DNA of 64,000 nt from a virus (taxonomy: Duplodnaviria > Caudoviricetes): positions 481 through 64,480 of the IMG/VR virus record IMGVR_UViG_3300015375_000872; one strand, 5' to 3'. The notes beneath the pieces are model-generated. The model ran no database searches. It was given only the letters and a program-made list of their open reading frames with translations, and was not told where the DNA came from. The position numbers and the translations under genes are program-made. Numbering within the stretch: position 1 is the first letter of the stretch; each line of letters opens with the position of its first letter. Of the stretch, positions 53,948-64,000 are shown piece by piece.

Positions 53948-54326
53948 TGCTATTCTCCAAAAAACTACCAGGTGTCGGGCTTAACCAATTTTTCAAACTA
54001 TAATTTTTAGAGTTTGTTGTAAATTCTTCAATGCTTGCAAACGTCCCCAATCTATTCCAATAGGTTGAGCCGTCGATTGCATCAGGGGTATTACCACCAC
54101 CGCCACCAGACTGTAAAACAATCCACCTTCCTGGCCCGTTGGCTGTGAACGTGCTTACATCATCAGCCGTCCTGGTGCTATACCTTCTCCATACCACCAA
54201 TTTAAAATCATTGGTATCGACTGGGATAATAAATGGCCCTAGTAAATCTTCATCGGTGTCGTCTAGCAAAAACGCTTTCATTTCTGCAACATTAGCGAAC
54301 GCACGATTAGCTAGATAATTTGGCAT
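53940..54326 (-). CDS. Short tail adaptor-like paralog
   Basis: MPNYL N-terminus, ADDVSTF...GPGRWI, Gly linker. Confidence 0.65.
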   Translation of the reverse strand: MPNYLANRAFANVAEMKAFLLDDTDEDLLGPFIIPVDTNDFKLVVWRRYSTRTADDVSTFTANGPGRWIVLQSGGGGGNTPDAIDGSTYWNRLGTFASIEEFTTNSKNYSLKNWLSPTPGSFLENSNA

Positions 54327-54330
54327 TTAA

Positions 54331-54447
54331 TTATTTCCTCAAATATAAAACTTCAAGTTTTTCTAAAGCCAAAAGTTCATATTTTATTTTTTTCAACAAC
54401 CTATTAGATTCTTTTTTTGGTCTGAAAGCATATTTAATAGTTGCCAT
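54331..54447 (-). CDS. Possible 38-aa basic protein (not in ORF track)
   Basis: My translation: MATIKYAFRPKKESNRLLKKIKYELLALEKLEVLYLRK*. It exactly fills the gap between neighbours. Confidence 0.5.
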   Translation of the reverse strand: MATIKYAFRPKKESNRLLKKIKYELLALEKLEVLYLRK

Positions 54448-54451
54448 AAAT

Positions 54452-54715
54452 TTAACCCACTACATGACCTTGAGAAACAACAACTTCTTTAGCGTAACCA
54501 TAGGCTGAATGCTGATTATTATTTTGAGCTTCTATAATATCCCCGGAACTATTTTTAAATTTTTGAAAACCCGTGTCCGGGTTAAAGCCTTCAAAATTAA
54601 CAGACATTGAACCCGTGCCAGAACCCGACATAGAAGGCTTTGCAATGCTACTAGACAATGGTTTATTTTTATATCTGTTTAATGCTGCTTTATATCTAAT
54701 AGATGATACGCTCAT
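54452..54715 (-). CDS. Hypothetical structural-region protein
   Basis: TAATG coupling. Confidence 0.65.
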   Translation of the reverse strand: MSVSSIRYKAALNRYKNKPLSSSIAKPSMSGSGTGSMSVNFEGFNPDTGFQKFKNSSGDIIEAQNNNQHSAYGYAKEVVVSQGHVVG

Positions 54716-56898
54716 TATTTAAACCCTAACCAGTACAACTGTGATAATATTAAACTTTTAGTTTCTCGTAATTCTATGGTAAACCCTGAAGCCAGATAGA
54801 TTAATCTGTTATCTGGTTCATCAACGTCAATTCGTCTTAATGGTTTGAAGTCATTTTCAATCCAGTATTGATTTAATGGCATAACTACTTCATAGGAAAA
54901 ACTTTTTCCTTGTCGCATGAAATACAATATTTCACTAATTTTTTTAAGAATCCCCATATTATCCAGTACGCCCATTGATACAAATTCTCTCGGTGGCTTG
55001 TAAATATTTGGATAGGGAAATTCCCAGGTTCGACGGTCAACAAATATTTTATTTTTATATTCAGGTTCAATTTCATTAGAGTCTTTCGCTTCATTGTTAG
55101 GCATATTCTCAGTGGGCGGTGATGCTGCCTCTCCCGTTCTGCTCAAAACTTGGGGGTTGTTGTCATTATCGCTAATTAATGCCAACCGTTGTCTTCTCAA
55201 AAAGAAATTTTTATCAACCCAATCCTCTCCAATATTAGGGGGCTGGTTATCAGGTCTTTCAAACTTTTTAACCTTAATCATATAAGCTTCTAAATTAGGA
55301 TGCCAAACAATTACACCCGGACTACTTTCAACTGGAATATAAGGATTTTCAGAACTTTTCTTTTCTCTTAAATAAGTGTCAGATGATTCAACAATAGAAC
55401 TATATTTAGATTCCATTGTCATCCTATCAGACTTACTGTGACGCTCGTTTTTACGATACTTAACCCAATCTTCCGTATGCTTTTCAGTTATTGTTTCTTG
55501 ATGATCAAAACCTGGAAATGAACCATCACCGTTGAATGTTGTTAAAACTTTTGAAATCGGTTCCCATACAGTTTGCTCTGTTCTTCTAAGAGTTTTATCT
55601 TGATTATAAAAATAGTTTTTCTGTTCTTTCCTTGATTGATAAATAGCTGTTGAATATCGCGCCTCATCAGCAAAGGGGGATATTGAACCACCTTCACTCG
55701 TTGACGATAAAGTGTAATCAATATACCAATCTAAATGATTGTTATACCATGCACCGAAGATTTTCCCCCAAGGTTCTTTTATGATTGTTTCCTCGAAAAC
55801 TAGCCTATTTTCTTCTGAGGTATCAAACTCTTGTCGATGAGTTTTTTGTAATACCTTAACCATTTGTTTTTTATCGTAATTCTCATCATTTATAATGTCG
55901 GGATATAGTAATCCCAATCTCTCATATCTTATTGTTGTGACCATTTTGATTAAAGATTCTGCACCCCCGATTATTTTTTCACAAACGCTTTCCGTTGATA
56001 AAACAAGAGAGTTCCCACTATTGTCTCCTAGCGCATAGTCATAGCCTTCTTCCTCTCGATAGGAACAAAAGCCATCATCGCCTTCAGTCAACTCATCAGA
56101 GTTCTCTAAAATTTCAGGTATTTCCCCTACAACAATTAATTCAGAAAGAGGTGAGTCTGTTCCATTGGGTTCATAGTATTCTTCATCTCTACCAATTTTT
56201 AAATACAAATCCATACTAGGACTTGAAACATTTATTTGATTAATGTTTATTTTTCCATTTTCATCTGAGTACAATTGGGACGGAATTGTAGATTTAAAAC
56301 ATAAATCACCGCAAGCTGAAATCAGACTGCCAGAGGGAGTCCAGGGTAATAAAACTCTTGTACTAGGTAATGTTTGACCCGCATTCATTTCTATTGATAA
56401 TTTTTGAAAGATTTTACTTATTATTGCGGAAACAGTGGTGTTACCCTTTTTTTTCCAATCACTCCACCAATCGTCAATGGTTGGTTGCTCAGTATCATTA
56501 GGATCTTTTTCAGGGTTTTTCCAATGGTCTAGGCTGTACTCTGAAAGCAACCCTAAAATACATGAGACATCTAAGGTTAAAATTTTAGTTTTAGGATTAT
56601 AGGGACGTGAATTTTTAATATAAAGTTTGGGTAATATTTTCGGACTAACAAAATTCCCATTATCATCTTCTACTAATATTTCAACAGGATTGCCAAACAT
56701 CCATCCTGTACGATTTTTTCTATTATCCACGTTGGAGGGATTACCGGGAACATTTATGATATCTATAGTTCCGCTAAAAGTACATAGCCCGTTGGTTGAA
56801 AACTCATCCCACGAACCTGACAATGAGTTAAACCCAGGATACGCCACGTTATTTTTTTTAAAGAGCGTTTTTCGGGACTTGGTTAATACAATCGCCAT
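54715..56898 (-). CDS. Putative tail hub/baseplate (Tal-like) protein
   Basis: 727 aa, first gene after the TMP/nrdB insertion; I..I..KL...M segment typical of hub proteins. Confidence 0.6.
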   Translation of the reverse strand: MAIVLTKSRKTLFKKNNVAYPGFNSLSGSWDEFSTNGLCTFSGTIDIINVPGNPSNVDNRKNRTGWMFGNPVEILVEDDNGNFVSPKILPKLYIKNSRPYNPKTKILTLDVSCILGLLSEYSLDHWKNPEKDPNDTEQPTIDDWWSDWKKKGNTTVSAIISKIFQKLSIEMNAGQTLPSTRVLLPWTPSGSLISACGDLCFKSTIPSQLYSDENGKININQINVSSPSMDLYLKIGRDEEYYEPNGTDSPLSELIVVGEIPEILENSDELTEGDDGFCSYREEEGYDYALGDNSGNSLVLSTESVCEKIIGGAESLIKMVTTIRYERLGLLYPDIINDENYDKKQMVKVLQKTHRQEFDTSEENRLVFEETIIKEPWGKIFGAWYNNHLDWYIDYTLSSTSEGGSISPFADEARYSTAIYQSRKEQKNYFYNQDKTLRRTEQTVWEPISKVLTTFNGDGSFPGFDHQETITEKHTEDWVKYRKNERHSKSDRMTMESKYSSIVESSDTYLREKKSSENPYIPVESSPGVIVWHPNLEAYMIKVKKFERPDNQPPNIGEDWVDKNFFLRRQRLALISDNDNNPQVLSRTGEAASPPTENMPNNEAKDSNEIEPEYKNKIFVDRRTWEFPYPNIYKPPREFVSMGVLDNMGILKKISEILYFMRQGKSFSYEVVMPLNQYWIENDFKPLRRIDVDEPDNRLIYLASGFTIELRETKSLILSQLYWLGFK

Positions 56899-56980
56899 AG
56901 AAAAAAATATAGTTTATAACAAATATATTTAAAACATATTTACATTATAATAAAAAAGTAATTTTAAAGTTGAGGATTTT

Positions 56981-58024
56981 ATGGCAATTATTCAAACCAA
57001 TAAAATTTTTAACCCCCAAGGAAATGATGATGTTAACCATCGTAAAATCTGGAAGGGTGAAACAACCAATTTAATGCAATTGAATGATGTGCGTTATTCT
57101 TGGGCTGTTGGCTTGTATAAACAACTACGTGAGCAATTCTGGATTCCAGAAAAAATAGACATTACCCAAGACGTTAACGACTACCGAAATTTAACACCCG
57201 ACGAGGAAAGAGCTTATGATGGAATTCTTTCTTATTTAACGTTTTTAGATAGTATACAGACTTGTAATATACCACACCTAAAAAGCGTTGTAACGGCTCC
57301 TGAGATAGCATTGTGCATGGCTGAACAAACCTCTCAGGAAGCCATGCACAATCATTCCTACCAACTTATGATAGAAACTATTATTCCAACAGAAAAAAGG
57401 AATGTTATATATGATTTCTGGAGAACCGATACACTCCTTTTTAAACGCTGTGAATTCATTGCAAGTATGTACCAAAAATATATTGATACACTATCAGAAG
57501 AAAGTTATTTTGAAGCTTTAATGGCTAATTTTATCCTTGAAGGTATATATTTCTACTCAGGCTTCTGCTTCTTCTACAACCTATCTTCAAGAATGTTAAT
57601 GTCGGGTTCTGCTGATATATTTAAGCTCATCAATCGGGACGAATTGAGTCATGTTCGGTTATACCAAAAAATCATCCCAGAAGCCATGCAAACGTTCCCA
57701 CATTCAATAGAAAGAATTTATGAAATGTTTGACAAAGCGGTCAAGTATGAGATACTTTGGGTTAACCATATTGTAGGTAATGAAATATTAGGGATTACTG
57801 AACAAAGCACTGAACAATACATCAAATATCTAGCCAATATTCGATTACGGGCTATTGGTCTGGAAAACCTTTACACTGAACCAATCTACTCTAAAAACTG
57901 CTACGCTCATCTCGAAAAAATAGCTGATACATCTAAAGATGCAAACGTAAAAGCTAACTTCTTTGATAGTGGTGTTACCAGTTATGTGATGTCATCTGGT
58001 GTCAGTGGTTGGGATGACATTTAA
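56981..58024 (+). CDS. nrdB: Ribonucleotide reductase class Ia beta subunit
   Basis: FWIPEKI, FLDSIQ, EAMHNHSY (radical Tyr), NFILEGIYFYSGF, RDELSH. Confidence 0.95.
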   Translation: MAIIQTNKIFNPQGNDDVNHRKIWKGETTNLMQLNDVRYSWAVGLYKQLREQFWIPEKIDITQDVNDYRNLTPDEERAYDGILSYLTFLDSIQTCNIPHLKSVVTAPEIALCMAEQTSQEAMHNHSYQLMIETIIPTEKRNVIYDFWRTDTLLFKRCEFIASMYQKYIDTLSEESYFEALMANFILEGIYFYSGFCFFYNLSSRMLMSGSADIFKLINRDELSHVRLYQKIIPEAMQTFPHSIERIYEMFDKAVKYEILWVNHIVGNEILGITEQSTEQYIKYLANIRLRAIGLENLYTEPIYSKNCYAHLEKIADTSKDANVKANFFDSGVTSYVMSSGVSGWDDI

Positions 58025-58091
58025 AAATATTTGTGTTATGATGATTTTATAGTTTTAAAAATAAAGCTATCGAATTGAAACAAAATATCAT

Positions 58092-61000
58092 TTAACACTT
58101 GCCTTTATTTGCAGCTAAGTCATTTAAAACTTGTCGTGCGTCACCAGTTGGGTCGGAGCTAACAATCACGAGATTCTCAACATTTACATTAGTACCACCT
58201 TCAGTTTCTTGAGAATTGGAGGTGTTTTTATTGGGTTTATTTTTAGAGTTATCAACAGCTTTCTGTGCCGCGTCTAATTCAGCTTGTAAGCGTTGCAATG
58301 GTGTCATAATAGCTTGAGGCTTAAAACCTTCAGCACCCGTTGTTTTAAGTTTACCAGAAGCCAAATCAGCCTTAATTCTTTCAGCTTCCTCACGGGCTAA
58401 TCTGGCTTGCTCATATCCTCCAGCCGTTGCTTGTTCAGCACTCAGACCACTTGCAATTCGTTCTTTTTCAGCATCACTATTCCATTTATTAATATAATCA
58501 TCCATCGCAGCGTTAGCAGCCTTTAATCGTGACTCTTTTGCTAATTTATTTATTTCATTCTCGATTTTTTTAACTTTTTCTAAATCGGAATTTTGAGTTT
58601 CAATGTTTACATTTTGACCACTACTTGCTGAAACCGTTCCATTGATGTAAACATTGGTAGCAGTAACTTTCATTGATTCAATTATTTCATTTTTTTTATC
58701 TGAATCAGTTTTGGAAATTTTAACTTCTTCAATTGGTAATGGTTTTAGTGGTGGGATATTAATATTTAATGGTACATTTACACCAGTATCAACAATATTA
58801 CCACCTTTACTATTTTTCTGTTGTTGTTCTTTAGCTGTTCGAGCTTGGTCTAATATTCTTTGTTGTTGCAGATTTTCGTTTGCTGCGGTTTGGTCAACAT
58901 TTAATTTTTGACGTTCTAATTCTTGAATTTGAGCAAGGTTGACTTTATCAGCTTGTACCGATTTTTCTTGCTGCATTCTTAGTGCTAAAACTTTATATAA
59001 TGCAGCTAATTCACTTTCACCAGCACCTCTAGCTTTAGCTTGCTCTATATTAGCTTGTGCTTCTAATGTGGCAATTTCAGCTTGAATTTCTTGACGTTTA
59101 ATATCAATATTTTGTTTTAATTGTGCAATTTTTAAAGTCTCACGTTCAATAGCTTGACGCTGTGCTAATGACTTTAATTCTTGCTCATATAATTGTTGTT
59201 TAATTTGTTGCTTCTGTACTTCATTTTCAGCAAGTTCAGCCAACTGCATTCTGAAATCTAACCGTTGTTTTTCAAGGTTTGAAACCGAATCATTTAATCC
59301 TGATTTAGCATTGACCAACGCTGATTGACGTTCAAGCTCAGAATTATTCAAGTCTAATTGTTGTTGTTGTAACTCATAACTCTTAGTAATTTTTTGAGCT
59401 TGTAAATCGATTAATTCAAGCTGACGTTGTTGGTCAATTTGTTCTAATTTAGTTTGTTGTTGAATTTCTAACTGTTGCTTTTCAAGTGATTGCACCTCTT
59501 GATTAGCACTCACTAACTGTTGAATACCCGATAATTGTTGCTCTTGAATCGTTACATATTGTTGTAAATCATTTAGCTCTTGAGCCGAAGCACCTTTAAG
59601 CTTACCTTTTTCAAGGTTAGCTTTAGCTTCTAGTAATAAAGATTGAGCCATTAATTTCTGACGTTCTAGCTCAATATTATTCTGTTTTTGTGTTATATCT
59701 AAAGATTTTAATTGAGCATCACCCTGTCTTAAAATCTCCTCACGTTGCTGTAAATATATTTCAGCTTTTAATTGTTCAACTCTATTTATATCACCACTTC
59801 TATTAGCTAATTCTAACTGATAATCTAATCGTTGTTTATCAAGTTCATTTACTGATTGTAAAACATTTTGTTGAGCATTGAATAATTTACTTTGTTGCTC
59901 TAATGATGCTGTTATTTTCTTAACAGCTAAATCTTGCATCTCTAAATATTGTTGACGCTCAAGATTTTTCAGTGCTGATTGTTGCTCAATACCAACTCTT
60001 TCACGTTCATTACTTTGGATTGCTTCTAAATTACCTAATTGTTGTTGTGCAGCGTCTAACTGTTGTTTTGCTAATTCAATATCCTGTGCTGAACCTTTAT
60101 TTAACTCAAGTTTACGGAGTGTTGCTTGTGCATCTAATACATCTATTTCAGCTTGAATACGTTGCTGTTCTTGAGTCAGTTTTAATGATTCAGTTTGAGC
60201 TAAATTCTGAACTTTTAGACTCGCAACTTGGTCAGCATAAGATATCGCTTTTATTGTTTCTAGTGCTGAAACGTTATTAACTTTATTTGCAAGTTCAGTT
60301 TGAAAATCTAATTCAGATTTTTTATAGTCTGATTGGACTTTATATAATTCGAGTTGAGAATTCAATAATTGAGAGCTTCTTTCAATTTCTTTGTTTCTCA
60401 GTTCATTGTTAGATTTTGCTATTTCAATTTCTTTGCTAATACGTTTTTCATCTTCTTCAATAACCTGTAAATTTCTTGAACGCTCTAAATCTTTCTTTTG
60501 AGTTTCATTTTGAACACTTAGATTTTGCTTTTCTAATTTTTGAACTTCTGATAAATTGGCTTTCTGTTCACTAATAAAATTAACTTGTTTCTGACGGATA
60601 TCAACGGTTTGCTGTGCAATAGCAATTTCCTCGGCTGTTGCCTTATTAGCTTGCAATTGATTTACCTGACTTTCAGCCTCAAGTAATGCAACCTGAGCCT
60701 GCATCTCTGACCGTTGCATCTCCAGACGTTGTTGTGCTTGAGTCAACTCTAAAGATTTAGTTTGTAAATCCTGTTTGACAGCTAAAGACGCTAATTGATT
60801 TTTATAAATTTCAGCACTGATTTTTTCTTGTTTAGAAATATCACCGGATTTTTCAGCTAATTGTTTTTGATATTCTAACTGTTTATTAAGTTCATCAGAT
60901 TTACCTGTTGAGATTTGTTCTTTAAGGTTATTCTGTTGAATATCAAAACCTTTACGTTCAACGTTAAATCCTATATCAGTCTGTTTAGCTTCAGAATCAG

Positions 61001-63998
61001 CTTTAGCTTGCTCTAATTGACGTTGAATATTTTCAACTTCTTTAGCTCTTAAAGCTTGTTCTTGCTGTAAAGATGCCTGTAATATCGCTAGACTATTTTG
61101 TGCGCCTTGTATGGTCAATTCACGCACTTTGTTTTCGTAATCTTTAGCACTGATTAATTTATCAGCTTGGAGTTTTTTGATTCCAGCTAATTCCTGTTCT
61201 CTGAGTGCTTCCCTTTGTTTAGCAATATTAACTTGATTTTCAGCATCAATCAAACCAATATCAGCTTGGCTAGACCCTCCCATTATTTGCCGTCTAACCG
61301 ATACTGATTGATTTCTAGCATCGTTAATATCAACGGTTGCTCGACTAATTGCTAATTGTCTATCAAGGTTTTCTTGTGCAATTCTAAAACGTTCACGTTC
61401 TTGTTGTAACAGTTGCTCTTGTAATGTCGATTGTAACTCTAATGTAGCACCTTCACCTTCTCTGAGTTTGATTAATGCTTCTAGTGTTGACTTTCTAGCA
61501 GTATCTTTATCGTCAGTTTTTTGTAATTCAGATTGAAGTTTTAAAAGCGAAAAATCTTTAAACTGATTAAAATACTCACCAACTTGACCTGATGAACCTT
61601 TGAGTGTTCCGGTCAATTCATCAACTAAGTCTTTTGAAGCTTTTAATTTTGCTTGGGTTGCAAATATTTCACTTCTAGCTTGCTCAAGTGATGCGTTATT
61701 TTCAGCACCTACATTTTTTGTTAAATTATCTTTTAAATTTTTATTTATTGACGTTTTTATTTTAATTAATGCTTTATCGGTATCAAAAGATGCTTGTTCA
61801 AATTTTAAACCAATTTTACCAATAGTTATTAAAAATTGGGTTATTGAATCACTACTTCCTATTATTTCTGTTATATATTCTAATCTCTCTTTATATTCTT
61901 CTAACCTTTTAATCTGGTCAATAATAGCTTGTTTGGGTTCAGATGAACCAGTATCTTCTAGTTGTGTTTTGAGTTTTTCTATTGTTGCTGCAACATTTTT
62001 AGTGGTACTTTCAATATTGCTTAAACCTAATGTTTTACCACCATTTTTAAATAATTCAACCTGCGCCTCTGTCTGTAATATTTCAATTTGTTTTTTGATA
62101 TTTTCAAGATTTTTACCCTCAGCGTTTTTAGCTTGAACAGTCAAACGTCCAATAGCATCTGTTTTTTCAATGGCTTTAGATATTATTAAATCTGACGATG
62201 ATAGTATATTATTAACATCATTTGTTAAAGTTTTTATCTCACCTTTACTGGTAGACTCTTTTAATGCTTTAGCTTCTCTTTTTTCTTTAACATCATCAAA
62301 ATATGCTGCTATTAATTCATTTTGTCTGATAGCATCCTTCATGGCACTACCACCAAAAATTCCCTCTTTTCTTATTTCAGCCTCTTGTTTTTCAACAACT
62401 CCAGAGACATTCGTTTCAGCCTTAACTACAGGTTTACCATTCTTATCAATTTCACCTCGTAACTTTCCTAATTTCTCTCTTAATTCATCTGTTTTTTTAC
62501 CAGCTTCAATAAAACTTTTTGATAAATATTTATTAATGTCGTCAGTTTTAAGCTTTCCTACAAAGGTACTCCAAAGGAAAATTATACCTTCAAGGGCTTT
62601 CATATATAGAAAACTACCAACAATAGACCTCCCTAACTCTGATATAACAGGCATTAAAACAGTCATTATTATTTGTTTTAAAGTGACAAAAGCAACGCCT
62701 ATCGTTTTTATAATATTTGGTGTTGTCACCATTATTTTTAACATTATGACAAAGTTATCAAGAAACCCAAAAAAAGCGTTATCTATCATTTTTATAAAAA
62801 CTAAACCCATTAACGCTGCGTGTTTAGATACGTTTTCAATTGCACTAGCTAAAGTGTTGTAATACCAAGTAACTGTTTTTATTAGTCCACTACCAAACTT
62901 TTCTTGAAAAACAGTAATTGCGTTTTTATATCTCGTAGTAGCAGCAGCTATTGTTTTAGAAGCTTTTTCAATACCACCAGCAGTTTCCATTGATAATTGT
63001 TTAGCGAATTTGGGTAAAAAATCGGTCGCAGCTATTTTACCTGTTGAAATTAAACCTGTTAATTCTTGTTCGGTTACACCCATAGCTCTAGCAGCCATTT
63101 GGAATGCACCAGGGATTCTCTCAGCTAATTGACCCCTTAATTCTTCCATACTAACAACACCTTTCCCTGCTATCTGGGAAAGTGCTAAAATTGAACCTTC
63201 CATCTCTTCTGTTGTAAGACCAAATGACGTTCCAGCTTGTGCAATAGCTGAAAATATCTCTTTAGTTGTATCCCCTTCTAAAACTGTTCCTCTCGTTGTT
63301 GCTGCGAGTTTATTCCAGCTTTTGATTGCCATTTCGGTATATAAACCTAATCTAACAACCTCACTACTTAAGAACGAAAATATTTCTTTAGCTTTTTTAC
63401 TGCTACCTGCTAAAAATTCAGTTGTATTTATTAATACCTGAAATCTGCCAGCAGTTTCAATAGACGCTTTCGCTAAATCCCCTAGATATTTACCCAATAT
63501 TTGTACAACAGTAACTCGCCTGAACATATCAAATGCTTGCTCAAACAAACCAATAAAAGGTGCTAACCCAGGTTTTGCTTTTTTAACATCTTCTATAAAT
63601 CCAAAAAACTTAGATTTAACTTCATCAACTCTATCGGTAACTTCTGCTTCGATTAAGAAAATATTTTTAATTAAACCGCTTTTCCCGATGTTTTTCATTT
63701 TATTAAAAAAATCTTCAAAACTATCAAAAAGACCAACAAAATCCATAAGGTCATTAACTAAACCCATTTGGTCTTTTATAGCTCTACCAACCCATTTAGC
63801 TGCTTTACCATCTTCGCCTATATATTTATTTTTAGGATTAGCAGCACCAGGTTGTTCTCTTATGGCTCTATAACCCTCTTGACCTGGTAATGGTGCTGTT
63901 ATATTTGATATTAATTCTGGCATTCTTATATTAGCAATTTCTCCTGAAAATGTTTCTTGAAAGTTTTCAGCCAATGAATTTACACGACTTGTGACGGC
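58092..63998 (-). CDS. Tape measure protein (frame stays open to the window edge; 5'-truncated)
   Basis: Tape-measure domain ALSQIAGKGVVSMEELRGQLAERIPGAFQMAARAMG, hydrophobic segment, long Q/E/K coiled coil with about four long repeats. Confidence 0.9.
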   Translation of the reverse strand, partial: AVTSRVNSLAENFQETFSGEIANIRMPELISNITAPLPGQEGYRAIREQPGAANPKNKYIGEDGKAAKWVGRAIKDQMGLVNDLMDFVGLFDSFEDFFNKMKNIGKSGLIKNIFLIEAEVTDRVDEVKSKFFGFIEDVKKAKPGLAPFIGLFEQAFDMFRRVTVVQILGKYLGDLAKASIETAGRFQVLINTTEFLAGSSKKAKEIFSFLSSEVVRLGLYTEMAIKSWNKLAATTRGTVLEGDTTKEIFSAIAQAGTSFGLTTEEMEGSILALSQIAGKGVVSMEELRGQLAERIPGAFQMAARAMGVTEQELTGLISTGKIAATDFLPKFAKQLSMETAGGIEKASKTIAAATTRYKNAITVFQEKFGSGLIKTVTWYYNTLASAIENVSKHAALMGLVFIKMIDNAFFGFLDNFVIMLKIMVTTPNIIKTIGVAFVTLKQIIMTVLMPVISELGRSIVGSFLYMKALEGIIFLWSTFVGKLKTDDINKYLSKSFIEAGKKTDELREKLGKLRGEIDKNGKPVVKAETNVSGVVEKQEAEIRKEGIFGGSAMKDAIRQNELIAAYFDDVKEKREAKALKESTSKGEIKTLTNDVNNILSSSDLIISKAIEKTDAIGRLTVQAKNAEGKNLENIKKQIEILQTEAQVELFKNGGKTLGLSNIESTTKNVAATIEKLKTQLEDTGSSEPKQAIIDQIKRLEEYKERLEYITEIIGSSDSITQFLITIGKIGLKFEQASFDTDKALIKIKTSINKNLKDNLTKNVGAENNASLEQARSEIFATQAKLKASKDLVDELTGTLKGSSGQVGEYFNQFKDFSLLKLQSELQKTDDKDTARKSTLEALIKLREGEGATLELQSTLQEQLLQQERERFRIAQENLDRQLAISRATVDINDARNQSVSVRRQIMGGSSQADIGLIDAENQVNIAKQREALREQELAGIKKLQADKLISAKDYENKVRELTIQGAQNSLAILQASLQQEQALRAKEVENIQRQLEQAKADSEAKQTDIGFNVERKGFDIQQNNLKEQISTGKSDELNKQLEYQKQLAEKSGDISKQEKISAEIYKNQLASLAVKQDLQTKSLELTQAQQRLEMQRSEMQAQVALLEAESQVNQLQANKATAEEIAIAQQTVDIRQKQVNFISEQKANLSEVQKLEKQNLSVQNETQKKDLERSRNLQVIEEDEKRISKEIEIAKSNNELRNKEIERSSQLLNSQLELYKVQSDYKKSELDFQTELANKVNNVSALETIKAISYADQVASLKVQNLAQTESLKLTQEQQRIQAEIDVLDAQATLRKLELNKGSAQDIELAKQQLDAAQQQLGNLEAIQSNERERVGIEQQSALKNLERQQYLEMQDLAVKKITASLEQQSKLFNAQQNVLQSVNELDKQRLDYQLELANRSGDINRVEQLKAEIYLQQREEILRQGDAQLKSLDITQKQNNIELERQKLMAQSLLLEAKANLEKGKLKGASAQELNDLQQYVTIQEQQLSGIQQLVSANQEVQSLEKQQLEIQQQTKLEQIDQQRQLELIDLQAQKITKSYELQQQQLDLNNSELERQSALVNAKSGLNDSVSNLEKQRLDFRMQLAELAENEVQKQQIKQQLYEQELKSLAQRQAIERETLKIAQLKQNIDIKRQEIQAEIATLEAQANIEQAKARGAGESELAALYKVLALRMQQEKSVQADKVNLAQIQELERQKLNVDQTAANENLQQQRILDQARTAKEQQQKNSKGGNIVDTGVNVPLNINIPPLKPLPIEEVKISKTDSDKKNEIIESMKVTATNVYINGTVSASSGQNVNIETQNSDLEKVKKIENEINKLAKESRLKAANAAMDDYINKWNSDAEKERIASGLSAEQATAGGYEQARLAREEAERIKADLASGKLKTTGAEGFKPQAIMTPLQRLQAELDAAQKAVDNSKNKPNKNTSNSQETEGGTNVNVENLVIVSSDPTGDARQVLNDLAANKGKC

Positions 63999-64000
63999 AT

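Overview
A 64-kb segment of an AT-rich tailed dsDNA phage, most likely a long-tailed siphovirus of a freshwater cyanobacterium. The host is inferred from cyanobacterial-type DnaN, ThyX, NrdB and IscB and from two nblA genes. Left to right: a RavA/ViaA-like AAA-VWA pair and sigma70-driven early genes (1-5.6 kb); a self-contained membrane operon with HTH regulators, several TM proteins, an FtsK/HerA-type ATPase, an M23 peptidase and a GH108 lysozyme (5.7-12.5 kb); RusA, an NDT-family enzyme and a decayed lysogeny module (XRE gene, tRNA-fMet-derived att-like core, integrase arm domain only; 13-15 kb); a replication module (initiator with iterons, DnaB, family-B polymerase ending in QLSLF, DnaN; 16-24 kb); an intact IscB/omega-RNA element inserted at the start codon of a tandem nblA pair, one of which is missing from the ORF track; ThyX, tRNA(CAU), dUTPase and a ParB-TET/JBP-glycosyltransferase base-modification cluster (26.6-30.4 kb); a second early region (30.4-36 kb); and a minus-strand morphogenesis arm (tape measure, tail/baseplate, paralogous adaptor proteins, beta-propeller proteins, tail fibre, membrane proteins, terminase) interrupted by three plus-strand genes including a lone nrdB. 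No capsid or portal gene, catalytic integrase, reverse transcriptase or CRISPR array is visible. All family assignments come from motif recognition, not database searches.
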